From: an uncultured Pseudomonadales bacterium
Lineage (GTDB): Bacteria; Patescibacteriota; Microgenomatia; UBA1400; PJMF01
Assembly (NCBI GenBank): GCA_964570365.1
Contig: CAZMXT010000005.1
Coordinates: 1 to 60,377 of the forward strand
DNA: 60,377 nucleotides
Reading direction: 5' to 3'
Position numbers and translations under genes: made by a program. This document shows, piece by piece, positions 1 through 9,204 of the stretch (positions within the stretch are counted from its first letter, which is position 1; each line of letters opens with the position of its first letter). The notes under the pieces were generated by a model. It was not told the origin of the DNA and did not search any database. It saw only the letters and a list, made by a program, of their open reading frames with translations.

Positions 1-42
1 CCAACTCGACAATTTTAGCATTCTTCGGTATACTGATTACTC

Positions 43-732
43 ATGAAAAAGCTTGTAGTGGTTTTATCATGGTTTATCTTCTCTGCTATGACGATTGTGG
101 CAGGAAGTATAACGTATCAGCTCTTCGGTAATTCTAAGAGTCCGAATTTTTTAGTAGCTGGTCAAACTCTCCAAGCTGGGGTAAATGTTGCTGCAGCTAA
201 TAGTCTCTCTCCTCTTGATCAGGTTAAAGGAGTAGAAACCTTGATTGAAATAGAAGATGCCAGACCACAAATTGTGGCCAATTTCTTAAAACGGCATGAC
301 TCACCCCTAACCCCTCATGAAGAGTTTGGCCACAAAATTGTGGGTATCGCCGATAAATACAACATTGACTTCCGCCTACTACCTGCCATTGCCATGCAAG
401 AAAGCAATCTCTGCAAAAAAATTCCAGCAGGATCTTATAATTGTCTGGGGTTTGGGATTCACGAACGCGGCACACTCGCTTTTGAAAGCTATGAAGCGAA
501 CTTTGATCGAGCAGCGCGTGAGCTTAAGAAGAACTACATTGACCAGGGGAGAAGCACACCTGAACAAATTATGAAAAAATACACTCCATCCAGCAATGGT
601 AGTTGGGCTGAATCAGTCAATCAGTGGATGGCTGAGATGCGTTATGATGATCGCCAGCTCGGGAGAGAGCTCAAAACAACTACTGACATCCTCGAGTTTG
701 TTGAAGTATCTCCCAGCCCTGAATCGCCTTAA
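43..732 (+). CDS. membrane-anchored/secreted lytic transglycosylase-like protein
   Basis: N-terminal hydrophobic segment (VVLSWFIFSAMTIVAG). The motif LLPAIAMQESNLCKK resembles the catalytic Glu-Ser region of SLT-type transglycosylases. TATACT (29-34) lies 8 nt upstream of the ATG. Confidence 0.55.
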   Translation: MKKLVVVLSWFIFSAMTIVAGSITYQLFGNSKSPNFLVAGQTLQAGVNVAAANSLSPLDQVKGVETLIEIEDARPQIVANFLKRHDSPLTPHEEFGHKIVGIADKYNIDFRLLPAIAMQESNLCKKIPAGSYNCLGFGIHERGTLAFESYEANFDRAARELKKNYIDQGRSTPEQIMKKYTPSSNGSWAESVNQWMAEMRYDDRQLGRELKTTTDILEFVEVSPSPESP

Positions 733-806
733 TTTTGCAGCCTCACGTATCTATTACACCTGTTTTTTTGATGGAATAAATCTATAATGATTTGTTCTGA
801 TGTATA

Positions 807-835
807 TTGACAGACTTATAATTAAATGCTATATT
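807..835 (+). promoter_or_regulatory. sigma70-like promoter candidate (TTGACA-N17-TATATT)
   Basis: TTGACA at 807-812, a 17-nt spacer, then TATATT at 830-835. No ORF follows; a short hairpin-rich stretch ends at the terminator 887-911. Confidence 0.35.
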
Positions 836-886
836 TCTTACCAGATCAGAAGGTAATCCTCACCGGACTCTTTCTGATACCAAAGG

Positions 887-911
887 ACCTCCGCTTGACC
901 GGGGGTTTTTT
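887..911 (+). terminator. rho-independent terminator
   Basis: 7-bp GC-rich stem ACCTCCG / CGGGGGT (one G-U pair), a 6-nt loop CTTGAC, then a run of six T (906-911). Confidence 0.6.
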
Positions 912-912
912 G

Positions 913-996
913 TGCCGAGAACAGGAATCGAACCTGCACGCTCTTGCGAGCACTGGATTCTAAGTCCAGTCTGTCTACCAATTTCAGCATCTCGGC
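913..996 (-). tRNA. tRNA-Leu (anticodon TAG)
   Basis: The reverse complement folds as a cloverleaf: acceptor GCCGAGA/TCTCGGC, anticodon stem CTGGA/TCCAG with loop CTTAGAA, a long variable arm, and T-loop TTCGATT. No CCA is encoded. Confidence 0.93.
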
Positions 997-1067
997 TTAT
1001 GCAACGACGCAATTGTACATCATCAGGTTCCTCTTCACAGCAGATCAAAAAATGACTAAGATGATGT

Positions 1068-1976
1068 ATGGTCGATATTGCAACAGGACCAGGAACTTCG
1101 TTGACTCTGCCATCTGCCCTCCAACCAAAGCCCAGCTTACCGACTGCGCAATCTATTGAGGGAGTAGAGACGCATAGCTCAAACCTGCCCGATATTAATC
1201 AACCGGGAGACATTGCCTCGTCTCTGGAGCTTCCGCAAGCAACTACTCCCATTACTTTACCAGGAACTGAGCCTTCGACTTCCGCTACATCCACAGTTCC
1301 TGACATCAACAAAATCCAGCAGACTCTTCAAGAAAGTGGCTCATTATTACCGGAGTTCTCCGTTCAAGAGACCGCTGTCCCAGATAATTCGCCTCTAGCA
1401 GCGCTCCAACCAGAGCGGGTTCGCAATGGAGTGGTTTTTACTCCGCCTCAACCAGCAGCAGCGCCGGTTACTCATTTGCCTGATGTCTACTTAGCCAATA
1501 CTGCCAAACCCTTAACTGCTTCACAGCTCAAAACAGATGAAAAGCCAAACAATATTCCTATTTTCTTTTTCTTGGGCCTTGGTTTGTTTGCGCAAATTTT
1601 GCAAGGAATTTCCCAGCTATTTCACTACATCTTGGTTCAGTACCCACGCTTAGAACAAATGATTGCTTCCGGCACTTTATCGTTAACTGAGATGAATACT
1701 TCAAGTATGAAAGGCCTGGTTTTAGCCGGTTTTATTGCGGTGAGTATATTTTTATTAGTGATTGTCTTCGCCCAAAATGTCTTTCTCCGTCCGCTCATTT
1801 TCTACTTAGCATTAATTGTTTTAACAATGAATGTAGTCATTCAAAATATCTATCTCCAACCTCACTTTGCCAGTGGAAACCCTTTCAACTTCCAGGCTAC
1901 GGTACTAGAAATTATGAACAGTCAAAACCCTTCTTTTTCTGATCCCATTCGAACATTAAATACCTACTCAAAGTAA
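1068..1976 (+). CDS. hypothetical membrane protein (Pro/Ser/Thr-rich N-terminus, several C-terminal TM helices)
   Basis: 302-aa ORF. It has a low-complexity P/S/T-rich half followed by hydrophobic helices (IPIFFFLGLGLFAQIL, LVLAGFIAVSIFLLVIVF, LIFYLALIVLTMNVVI). I recognise no family. Confidence 0.55.
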   Translation: MVDIATGPGTSLTLPSALQPKPSLPTAQSIEGVETHSSNLPDINQPGDIASSLELPQATTPITLPGTEPSTSATSTVPDINKIQQTLQESGSLLPEFSVQETAVPDNSPLAALQPERVRNGVVFTPPQPAAAPVTHLPDVYLANTAKPLTASQLKTDEKPNNIPIFFFLGLGLFAQILQGISQLFHYILVQYPRLEQMIASGTLSLTEMNTSSMKGLVLAGFIAVSIFLLVIVFAQNVFLRPLIFYLALIVLTMNVVIQNIYLQPHFASGNPFNFQATVLEIMNSQNPSFSDPIRTLNTYSK

Positions 1977-2083
1977 GAGTTAGTTAAACTGATCCCTATT
2001 GATACTCTTTCAACTAGTGTACTTCTTCAGTATCAGTGACGTACAATAAATCCATATTTAACCCGAATCTTGCCATTACTTTT

Positions 2084-3385
2084 ATGAATACTATTAAATG
2101 CCCCAACTGCCAAACCCCAATTGAGATTGAACAAGTCTTGGCGCAACAGATCGAGCAAGGCCTGATCCAAAAATTCAGCTTAGAGCGAGAAAAACTGCAG
2201 CAGTCTCAGCTCCTACTCCAGCAACAGCTGGCTCAATTAAAGCAAAAAAATGAAGAGGAGTTAGAGACTTCGCTCAAACAACAAGAACAAAAAATTAAAA
2301 CTGAACTCTGGACGAAGGCGCAACAAGAAGCTGAGCGGAAAATCAGTGAAAGCCATGATAAAGAATTTAGGGACTTACGCCAGCAACTCCAAGAAAAAGA
2401 TTTACGCGCCCAAAAGGCTGAGAAGGAAGAGCTTCAGCTGCGCAAGAAACAGCGTGAACTAGAAGAAGAAAAAAGACAGCTTGCCATCACTGTTGAGCGA
2501 GAGATTGATAAACGTATCCAAGAGGAAAGAGCCAAAACCAGCAAGCTAGAAGCAGATCGGTTTTCTTTGAAAGAAAAAGAGTATCAAAAACAACTTGAAG
2601 ATATGAAGGCCTTAGTCGATGAAGCACGTCGCAAAGGAGATACCGTTTCTCAGCAACTTCAAGGTGAAGTGCTTGAACTAGAACTAGAAAGAATGCTGCG
2701 TGAACAGTTCCCCGCAGATATAATCAGTGAAGTAAAGAAAGGCCAGTTTGGGGCAGATTTGCTGCAAACTGTCAGAAATAGCTTTGGCCGAACTGTAGGC
2801 ATTATAGTCTGGGAATCCAAACAAACAGAGAACTTTTCTGATAAATGGCTCCCTAAACTCCGAGAAGACTGCCGGAACTGTCATGGCTCCGTGGCGGTTT
2901 TAGTGACCAGAACCTTGCCAGCGGGAATTGAGACCTGTGGTGAGCGAGATCGAGTCTGGATTACCGGCATCGACTTCGTAGTTCCCCTAGCTGGCTTACT
3001 CCGCCAGACTCTCTTAAAGGTGGAGCAGGAGAAAACTGCTCAGAGTGGTAAGGATGTCAAAACCGAGATGCTCTACAACTACATTAACAGCCAGGAGTTC
3101 CGTGGCAGAGTAGAGGCCATCGTAGAAAGCTTTAGGGAGATGAAAGATGACTTGGATAAAGAACAACGAGCTCTCCAAAATAGCTGGAGAAAGCGGGAGA
3201 AACAAATCCTGCGCTTAGCCACCAACACTGCGTACATGTACGGCGAAATGCAGGGCTTAGTCGGAACAAGCTTGCCAAATATTCATGGGCTAGAGCTGGA
3301 GTCAGGCACTCAGGCTCGGAGTAAGTCTTTATTAAACTCCGAAAGCCTTCCCTCAGAAACCACCTCGCAAAATGAACTTTTCTAA
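2084..3385 (+). CDS. DUF2130-like protein: Zn-ribbon + long coiled coil + PD-(D/E)xK-like nuclease core
   Basis: The likely start is MNTIKCPNCQTPIE (CxxC ribbon). A long, highly charged E/K/Q-rich coiled coil follows. Then GADLLQ...GIIVWESKQT has the spacing of a D...ExK nuclease motif, as in RmuC-like proteins. The tracked ORF from 2036 uses an upstream GTG. Confidence 0.6.
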   Translation: MNTIKCPNCQTPIEIEQVLAQQIEQGLIQKFSLEREKLQQSQLLLQQQLAQLKQKNEEELETSLKQQEQKIKTELWTKAQQEAERKISESHDKEFRDLRQQLQEKDLRAQKAEKEELQLRKKQRELEEEKRQLAITVEREIDKRIQEERAKTSKLEADRFSLKEKEYQKQLEDMKALVDEARRKGDTVSQQLQGEVLELELERMLREQFPADIISEVKKGQFGADLLQTVRNSFGRTVGIIVWESKQTENFSDKWLPKLREDCRNCHGSVAVLVTRTLPAGIETCGERDRVWITGIDFVVPLAGLLRQTLLKVEQEKTAQSGKDVKTEMLYNYINSQEFRGRVEAIVESFREMKDDLDKEQRALQNSWRKREKQILRLATNTAYMYGEMQGLVGTSLPNIHGLELESGTQARSKSLLNSESLPSETTSQNELF

Positions 3386-3388
3386 TGC

Positions 3389-4063
3389 ATGACCATGACT
3401 TCTTATCAAATTCAGCGAAATAGACGCGCCCACAGCATCAAGATTAAAGTTGATAGCCATGGGGCCGTTACGGTAGTGGCTCCGCCTGATTGTCCAACGC
3501 GTTTTATTGACCAGTTTGTGACTAAGCAGCAGGACTGGATTAAACAAACGATTGTCAAGATTCAGAGTCAACGACCAACACCTCTCCAAGACCCCACCCA
3601 ACTCTCGATTTTTGGCAAGCTCTATTCCAAGGAGCCGATCTTTGATCATCAACATCCGATTGGAGTTCAAGTCAAAGGAAAAAAAATCATGATTAACTCC
3701 GTATCTCCCACTGCCGCATCTGTTGAAAAAGCCATTCAAGAATTTCTGAAAAATACTGCGCAAAAGTACATCGTGCCGCGGACTCACCAACTGGCTGAGT
3801 TAATGAGTATAAAGTTCAACAATATTACCTTACGCCAGCAGAAAACCCGTTGGGGCAGTTGTAGTAGTCAAGGAAATTTAAACTTTAACTGGCGCTTAGT
3901 GCAGTACCCAGCGGCAATTATTGATTACGTCATCATTCATGAGTTGGCGCATCGGCGCGAAATGAACCACTCAGCTCGGTTCTGGGAGATTGTGGCTCGC
4001 TTCGATCCTGAACATCTCAAGCATCGAGGCTGGTTGCGCAGAAATGGCGCCACCGTCGATTAA
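3389..4063 (+). CDS. DUF45/YgjP-type (WLM/SprT-like) zinc metallopeptidase
   Basis: C-terminal motif IIHELAHRREMNHSARFW (HExxH plus a downstream H), typical of the YgjP/DUF45 family. The gene starts 4 nt after the stop of the upstream gene. Confidence 0.75.
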   Translation: MTMTSYQIQRNRRAHSIKIKVDSHGAVTVVAPPDCPTRFIDQFVTKQQDWIKQTIVKIQSQRPTPLQDPTQLSIFGKLYSKEPIFDHQHPIGVQVKGKKIMINSVSPTAASVEKAIQEFLKNTAQKYIVPRTHQLAELMSIKFNNITLRQQKTRWGSCSSQGNLNFNWRLVQYPAAIIDYVIIHELAHRREMNHSARFWEIVARFDPEHLKHRGWLRRNGATVD

Positions 4064-4231
4064 AATCTGCGACTAAACGAGTGAAGAACTTATCACTATA
4101 TGCACAAAACTTTTCTCGGTAAAAAGCGACTCAGCCACACCAAAAGCTCGCAACAAAGTGAGACGCTCTGTGTAAGAATTTAGCTGCGTTTGGAGTTTCG
4201 ATCTCATCTTGAAGCGACTATACTACAGCTG

Positions 4232-4927
4232 ATGTTCATCATCCACGGTGAAAACACTACCCAGTCCCGTCAGGCACTTTTTGAGCTAATTCAGCGCGCA
4301 AAAAGTACTGAACGAGAAGTGGTTCGTTTGGACGCTAAAACCTTAGATTTGCCCAAGCTCGAACAACAGCTGGGAAGTACTAGTCTCTTTGGTACTGAGC
4401 AGTTCGTCGTTATAGAGGAACTACATTCTTTACCCAAGTCCCAACGACAGAGTGCATTACTGAAGTATCTGGCAGAGTCAGCCGCTCAAAACCCCGACCT
4501 GGTCCTCTGGGAAAAACGTCAATTAACTCCCACAATGCTCAAGCCGTTTGCTACCGCAAAAGTGCAACATTTTCCAGTCAATAAAGTCGTTTTTCAGTGG
4601 CTCGACTCCCTCAGTGGAACTCAGGAAACGAACGCGCAACAACGGACGCTCAAGCTGTTTCACCAAGCAGCAACAAGCGATGGAGCCGGGATGTGTTTCG
4701 CGATGCTCTGTCGTCAAGTTCGCCTGCTCCTAGAAGTAACCGAAGGCAAATCCAGCTCACTGCCTGCTTTTATCTTGAACAAAGCGCGCAGCCAAGCTCG
4801 GTCGTTTACATTAGAGCGCTTGTTAAAGTTGCACACTCTGCTTCTGCAGATAGATATCGGACAGAAGACTTCTACCAATCAATTAAATTTTGACCGGGAA
4901 CTTGAACTTTTCCTGCTCAGGATGTAG
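4232..4927 (+). CDS. holA: DNA polymerase III delta subunit-like protein
   Basis: The N-terminus MFIIHGENTTQSRQALFELIQRAK and the overall helical, clamp-loader-like layout resemble short HolA proteins. TATACT (4219-4224) lies 7 nt upstream of this ATG, which favours it over the tracked TTG at 4190. Confidence 0.45.
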   Translation: MFIIHGENTTQSRQALFELIQRAKSTEREVVRLDAKTLDLPKLEQQLGSTSLFGTEQFVVIEELHSLPKSQRQSALLKYLAESAAQNPDLVLWEKRQLTPTMLKPFATAKVQHFPVNKVVFQWLDSLSGTQETNAQQRTLKLFHQAATSDGAGMCFAMLCRQVRLLLEVTEGKSSSLPAFILNKARSQARSFTLERLLKLHTLLLQIDIGQKTSTNQLNFDRELELFLLRM

Positions 4928-4953
4928 ACTATCGAAACGACGAAAGGAATCAA

Positions 4954-6318
4954 ATGCACGTAGATCCATCCATTTTCAAAGCCTATGACATCCGAGGTAT
5001 TTATGGCCAGAATCTTTTTGATCAGACCGCTGAAGCAGTTGGAAAAGCATTTATCAAAGTACTCGGTGCCAGCCAAGTGGTAGTCGGTCGGGATGCGCGA
5101 ATTTCTAGCCCCGCTCTTCACCAAGCAATTATCACTGGCCTTACTTCTGTAGGAACGAATGTGATTGATGTCGGGATGGTCTCCACGGACATGTACTACT
5201 ATGCTTGTGCTGAGAAAAAACTCCCAGGCATCATGGTGACCGCTAGTCACAATCCCAAGGAATATAACGGCTTCAAAATGGTCAAGCAAATTCCGTATCT
5301 GCTCTCCGGAGATGAAGGCATCCAAGATATACGTCAAATTATTGAAAAAGAAGAGTTCCCAGCGCCTGCTAGCACCCCAGGGACCGTGGAAGGCTGGCAG
5401 ATCATGGATGGCTTTGTGGAGAAGATTCTCAGCTTAGTAGATATTCGTGCCCTTAAACCGATGAAAGTTGTTATCGACACGGCCAACGGCATGGTTGGAC
5501 CTTCCCTCAATGCGCTTTTTGCTCAGATCCCCCAGATAGATGTGGTCCCCATGTACTTTGATCCTGACGGAAACTTCCCCAACCATGGTGGTGACCCCCT
5601 CCAAGAAGAAAATCGTCGAGAGCTTCAAGCACGGGTAATCAGTGAACATGCTGAGCTGGGATTTGCTTTTGATCCTGATGGTGACCGCTTCTTCTGCATT
5701 GATCAAAAAGGCAGATTCGTCTCAGGGGACTTTTTAACAGCCATTTTGTCCCAATACTTTTTGAAAAAATACCCCGGCTCCACCATCGTCTACGATATTC
5801 GCGCCTCCCACGCTGTGCCAGATACAATTACCCAAGAAGGTGGGAAAGCGCTCTACAATCGTGTCGGACATGCCTTCATTAAAAAGCGAATGACTGATGA
5901 GAACGCCGTTTTTGGTGGGGAGGTAACTGGTCACTATTACTTCAAGGATTTTTACTACTGCGACTCTGGCGTTGCACCGATGCTGTACATGTTGGAACTT
6001 TTATCACAATCTGCAGAAAGCCTCGATGAAGTCATCGATCGCTTGAGTGAAGTCTACTTTATCTCTGGCGAAATCAATACCAAAGGCGTGGATGCCAAAA
6101 CCGTGTTAGGCAAGATTGAAGCACAGTATGGTCCCACTGCTAAAGAAGTGCTGAAAGTGGACGGTATCAGTTGCATTTTTGACCAATGGCACTTTAACGT
6201 TCGCGGTTCTAATACTGAGCCGCTGGTCCGCCTCAATCTAGAAGCTACTACCGCTGAGTTAATGGCTGAAAAACGGGATGAAGTACTGGCGCTGATTCGC
6301 GAGGGACTAAGCAACTAG
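4954..6318 (+). CDS. phosphomannomutase/phosphoglucomutase
   Basis: Active-site loop TASHNPKEYNGFK, metal-binding FDPDGDR, and GGEVTGHYYF. An AAAGGA Shine-Dalgarno sequence precedes the ATG. Confidence 0.9.
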   Translation: MHVDPSIFKAYDIRGIYGQNLFDQTAEAVGKAFIKVLGASQVVVGRDARISSPALHQAIITGLTSVGTNVIDVGMVSTDMYYYACAEKKLPGIMVTASHNPKEYNGFKMVKQIPYLLSGDEGIQDIRQIIEKEEFPAPASTPGTVEGWQIMDGFVEKILSLVDIRALKPMKVVIDTANGMVGPSLNALFAQIPQIDVVPMYFDPDGNFPNHGGDPLQEENRRELQARVISEHAELGFAFDPDGDRFFCIDQKGRFVSGDFLTAILSQYFLKKYPGSTIVYDIRASHAVPDTITQEGGKALYNRVGHAFIKKRMTDENAVFGGEVTGHYYFKDFYYCDSGVAPMLYMLELLSQSAESLDEVIDRLSEVYFISGEINTKGVDAKTVLGKIEAQYGPTAKEVLKVDGISCIFDQWHFNVRGSNTEPLVRLNLEATTAELMAEKRDEVLALIREGLSN

Positions 6319-6587
6319 CAAGTCAGTACTGAACCGCTTTCTATACGATCACTATCCGATTACTCAGTCAGTCACTAATCGGTCACTTTTTTCTAGTCAA
6401 ATAAATATTAGTTTCCCGGAGGAAGAAAGCCAATGTCACGAGTTTACCGGCGACATCTTCCCAGACATGACAGAAGCAGATCTGCAGAGACGAAATGAGG
6501 GCATTCAGAGCTGTAAAAGTCGGATCATCAAAAAACAAAATGAATTAAAGAATGCGGGTTTTACCCACCAACTACATCTAAATTAAG

Positions 6588-7118
6588 CTAATCAAGCTCA
6601 CTAACTGCGTCGATTTCCCGACTCAAAACTAAGTGATAAACCGATAGTCCGGCAATAATCACAAACGCCATCAAACACAAAAATGGGATGGTAATAAAGC
6701 CGAGGTAATCCACTTGCAGCGCGCTGCAAGGATTGGCCGCGGTACATTGAAAAGGATTAGGGAAATCGAGCTTCTGCAGACCATAGTGGTAAAACTCTAG
6801 CAAAATTCCTGGCAGAGCCAGTGGCAGTACGTAATGGACAAACTTGCGATCTTCTTTCATCATGCCTACCGCGCTAATGAAGACAATGGGATACATTAAA
6901 ATTCGGGCAAACCAGCAGAGCTCGCAGGGCACAAAGCCTTCGCCGATCGGGAAAGGGTTCCCCATACTCAGGTTTTTGACAATATCACCGTAGGTACTGA
7001 AGTAGAGCGAACCCAGCATCGCCACAAATGCTTGCAGGAAAATAAAGTAACTGACCAGTCCCTGGCGCTCTTGTAATTTGGTGAGTTGTGAGGGTGCAGG
7101 AGAAGTTTTTTCGGACAT
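6588..7118 (-). CDS. DsbB/BdbC-family disulfide bond formation protein
   Basis: Four TM helices. A CELCWFARILMYP motif (CxxC at the first periplasmic loop) and a second Cys pair (QCTAANPC) are typical of BdbC/DsbB. Confidence 0.7.
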   Translation of the reverse strand: MSEKTSPAPSQLTKLQERQGLVSYFIFLQAFVAMLGSLYFSTYGDIVKNLSMGNPFPIGEGFVPCELCWFARILMYPIVFISAVGMMKEDRKFVHYVLPLALPGILLEFYHYGLQKLDFPNPFQCTAANPCSALQVDYLGFITIPFLCLMAFVIIAGLSVYHLVLSREIDAVSELD

Positions 7119-7148
7119 ATTTGCCGATTATACTGCTACAATCTTCTC

Positions 7149-8387
7149 ATGTCTAAACCACCTGTCATTGTGATTGCTGGGGGAAGCAACTCCCGTTTTT
7201 TTCCATTTAACAAGACTGGCCACAAAGGTCTTTTAAGTATTGCTGGCAAACCGCTGATGATTCGGATGCTGGAAAACTTACAAAGTCATGAGTACCGTGA
7301 AGTTACGCTGGTTATCACCCCAGAAGACGCTGAGCAACAGATTAGCCAAAAAATTATTGAAGCAGCCCACTTAGAGCTAAAAATTGAGTACGTTGTTCAA
7401 GTGAGTCCCCAGGGAATGGGTGACGCGGTACTTTCTGCTATCCCTCGCCTTCAAGACCAGTTTTCACAAATCATTATTACGTCCACGTATCATACGAACG
7501 CAGGCGAGGTGCTTGATCAAATGTTAACCAAGGGCAATGACTCAGTGCTGTGCACCGCACCGACTGCAACACCTTGGGAGTACGGCATCGCGACATTGAA
7601 CGACCAAGGAGAACTTACTCAAATTGTGGAAAAACCTGAGCGTGGTCACGAACCATCAAATCAAAAGATCCAAGTCCTCTATGTTTTGTCAGAAAACTTC
7701 ATTGAGATTCTGCGCAACTTGCCTGTCACCCAATATAACTTCGAAGAAGCCCTGAGTATCTTGGCGATGCAGCACCCAATCCCTGTCCTTCAGTTAGAAA
7801 AAGCATTGCCGTCTCTCAAGTATCCTTGGGATGCGTTTGAGATGAAAGACCAGCTCCTTTCTCACAACTCATCCGCAACCCATCCTTCTGCCAAGATTTC
7901 TGCCACTGCAGTCATTGATGCCACCAAAGGTCCGGTGATTATTGAAGAGGGTGCCAGTGTAGGTCACTGCACTCGGATTGTAGGACCATGCTTTATTGGC
8001 AAAAACGCCTTTATTGGTGACTTTTGTTTAGTTCGCGACTCAGATCTAGAGACTGGAGTTCAGGTGGGCACGTTTTCAGAAGTTGCTCGTTCTATCTTCT
8101 TGCCAGGGTCTACCATGCACAGTGGCTTTGTGGGCGACTCTATTATCGGGCAAAAGGTCAAAATTGGCGCTGGATTTGTAACGGCAAATAAACGCTTTGA
8201 TCGAGCCTCAGTACACGTGGAAGTCAGAGGTGAGAATGTAGATACTGGCAGACGAGCTCTGGGTGTACTGATCGGCGAAAATGCTGCCATCGGCATCCAC
8301 ACCAGTACGATGCCAGGTAAGTGCATTGCCCCCGGGGCTGTAGTCTATCCTCAAACTGTAGTGAAGAATAATATCCCTGGAACTTGA
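7149..8387 (+). CDS. sugar-1-phosphate nucleotidyltransferase with C-terminal left-handed beta-helix
   Basis: N-terminal VIVIAGGSNSRFFPFN...K...GKPLM nucleotidyltransferase signature. Hexapeptide-like repeats occur in the C-terminal third (IGKNAFIGDF, IGQKVKIGAGF, IGENAAIGI). Confidence 0.75.
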   Translation: MSKPPVIVIAGGSNSRFFPFNKTGHKGLLSIAGKPLMIRMLENLQSHEYREVTLVITPEDAEQQISQKIIEAAHLELKIEYVVQVSPQGMGDAVLSAIPRLQDQFSQIIITSTYHTNAGEVLDQMLTKGNDSVLCTAPTATPWEYGIATLNDQGELTQIVEKPERGHEPSNQKIQVLYVLSENFIEILRNLPVTQYNFEEALSILAMQHPIPVLQLEKALPSLKYPWDAFEMKDQLLSHNSSATHPSAKISATAVIDATKGPVIIEEGASVGHCTRIVGPCFIGKNAFIGDFCLVRDSDLETGVQVGTFSEVARSIFLPGSTMHSGFVGDSIIGQKVKIGAGFVTANKRFDRASVHVEVRGENVDTGRRALGVLIGENAAIGIHTSTMPGKCIAPGAVVYPQTVVKNNIPGT

Positions 8388-8397
8388 AGGCATACTC

Positions 8398-9204
8398 ATG
8401 GCCAAGCTAACAGATTTTCAAGCCCTGCTTTTTGATGTGGATTTAACCCTCTCGAACAGCCAACGTAGCATTAGCAGTCTTACTGAAAGACTGCTAAAAC
8501 AGCTGGCCTCACAAGGCTACCAGCTGGGTGTCTGCACTGGCCGACCCTACGCCAGTCTCAGAAAAGGAGTTGTCCAGATTTTCCCTGAAGATTCACTCCA
8601 TATTACTTGTGGAGGAGCCCAGATCATTACCTCAAGGGGGGAGGTCATCTGGGAAAAAGTAATTGCGGCCGAAACTACCAAATCCATCCTAGCTGAAGCC
8701 CAAAAATATAACTTATCGTTCTACATCCCTGAGGGGGAGTTTGGGTACGGCACAGACCTTTTTATCCAGCAGTATGAGAACCTCCATAAGTTGGTCGCTG
8801 AGCTCAAGCCAATTGCAGAGCTGCAAAATTTTGACGTACCAATTATTGCGTTCTTCAACATTGGACCAGAGTTTCTGGCCTACCTAAAGAGCCGGACAGA
8901 TATTCAAGTGAAGCTCTCGCGCAGTGGTAAAGAGGTCATTAGTGTTGACGTCACTGCACTGGGAGTTACTAAGGCCACGGCTCTGACAGAGTGGTGCCAG
9001 CTGCAAAACTTGAGCTCAACTGATATAATCGGCTTTGGGGATAGCGACAACGACCTAGAGTTCTTAGGCAATGTTGGTTTGGCAGTTGCGATGGGCAATG
9101 CTTCCGAAGCCATTATGAGTATTGCGGACAAGGTCATTGGTCACGCTGACGAAGACGGTGTCGGCATCTACTTAGAAAAAATTACACAAGGAGCTGAGGT
9201 ATGA
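8398..9204 (+). CDS. Cof-type HAD-IIB phosphatase
   Basis: HAD motif I FDVDLTL and motif IV GFGDSDNDLEFL, with a cap domain in between. Confidence 0.8.
   Translation: MAKLTDFQALLFDVDLTLSNSQRSISSLTERLLKQLASQGYQLGVCTGRPYASLRKGVVQIFPEDSLHITCGGAQIITSRGEVIWEKVIAAETTKSILAEAQKYNLSFYIPEGEFGYGTDLFIQQYENLHKLVAELKPIAELQNFDVPIIAFFNIGPEFLAYLKSRTDIQVKLSRSGKEVISVDVTALGVTKATALTEWCQLQNLSSTDIIGFGDSDNDLEFLGNVGLAVAMGNASEAIMSIADKVIGHADEDGVGIYLEKITQGAEV

Noticed and set aside
4879-5337. Long antisense or alternative-frame ORFs within confident genes (for example 4879-5337 -, 33569-33910 -, 35124-35474 -, 50376-50894 -, 42425-42879 -, 30627-31024 -)
   Set aside because: These are shadow ORFs opposite or overlapping genes with strong family motifs. 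They have no motifs or signals of their own.
6433-6586. Small ORFs in the 270-nt gap between the PMM/PGM gene and the dsbB-like gene (21-codon ORF after a GGAGG at 6418; 39-codon ORF from 6467)
   Set aside because: They are very short, have no recognisable motifs, and conflict in frame. A weak AT-rich hairpin with a T-run (6356-6392) suggests the gap mainly holds the upstream terminator.
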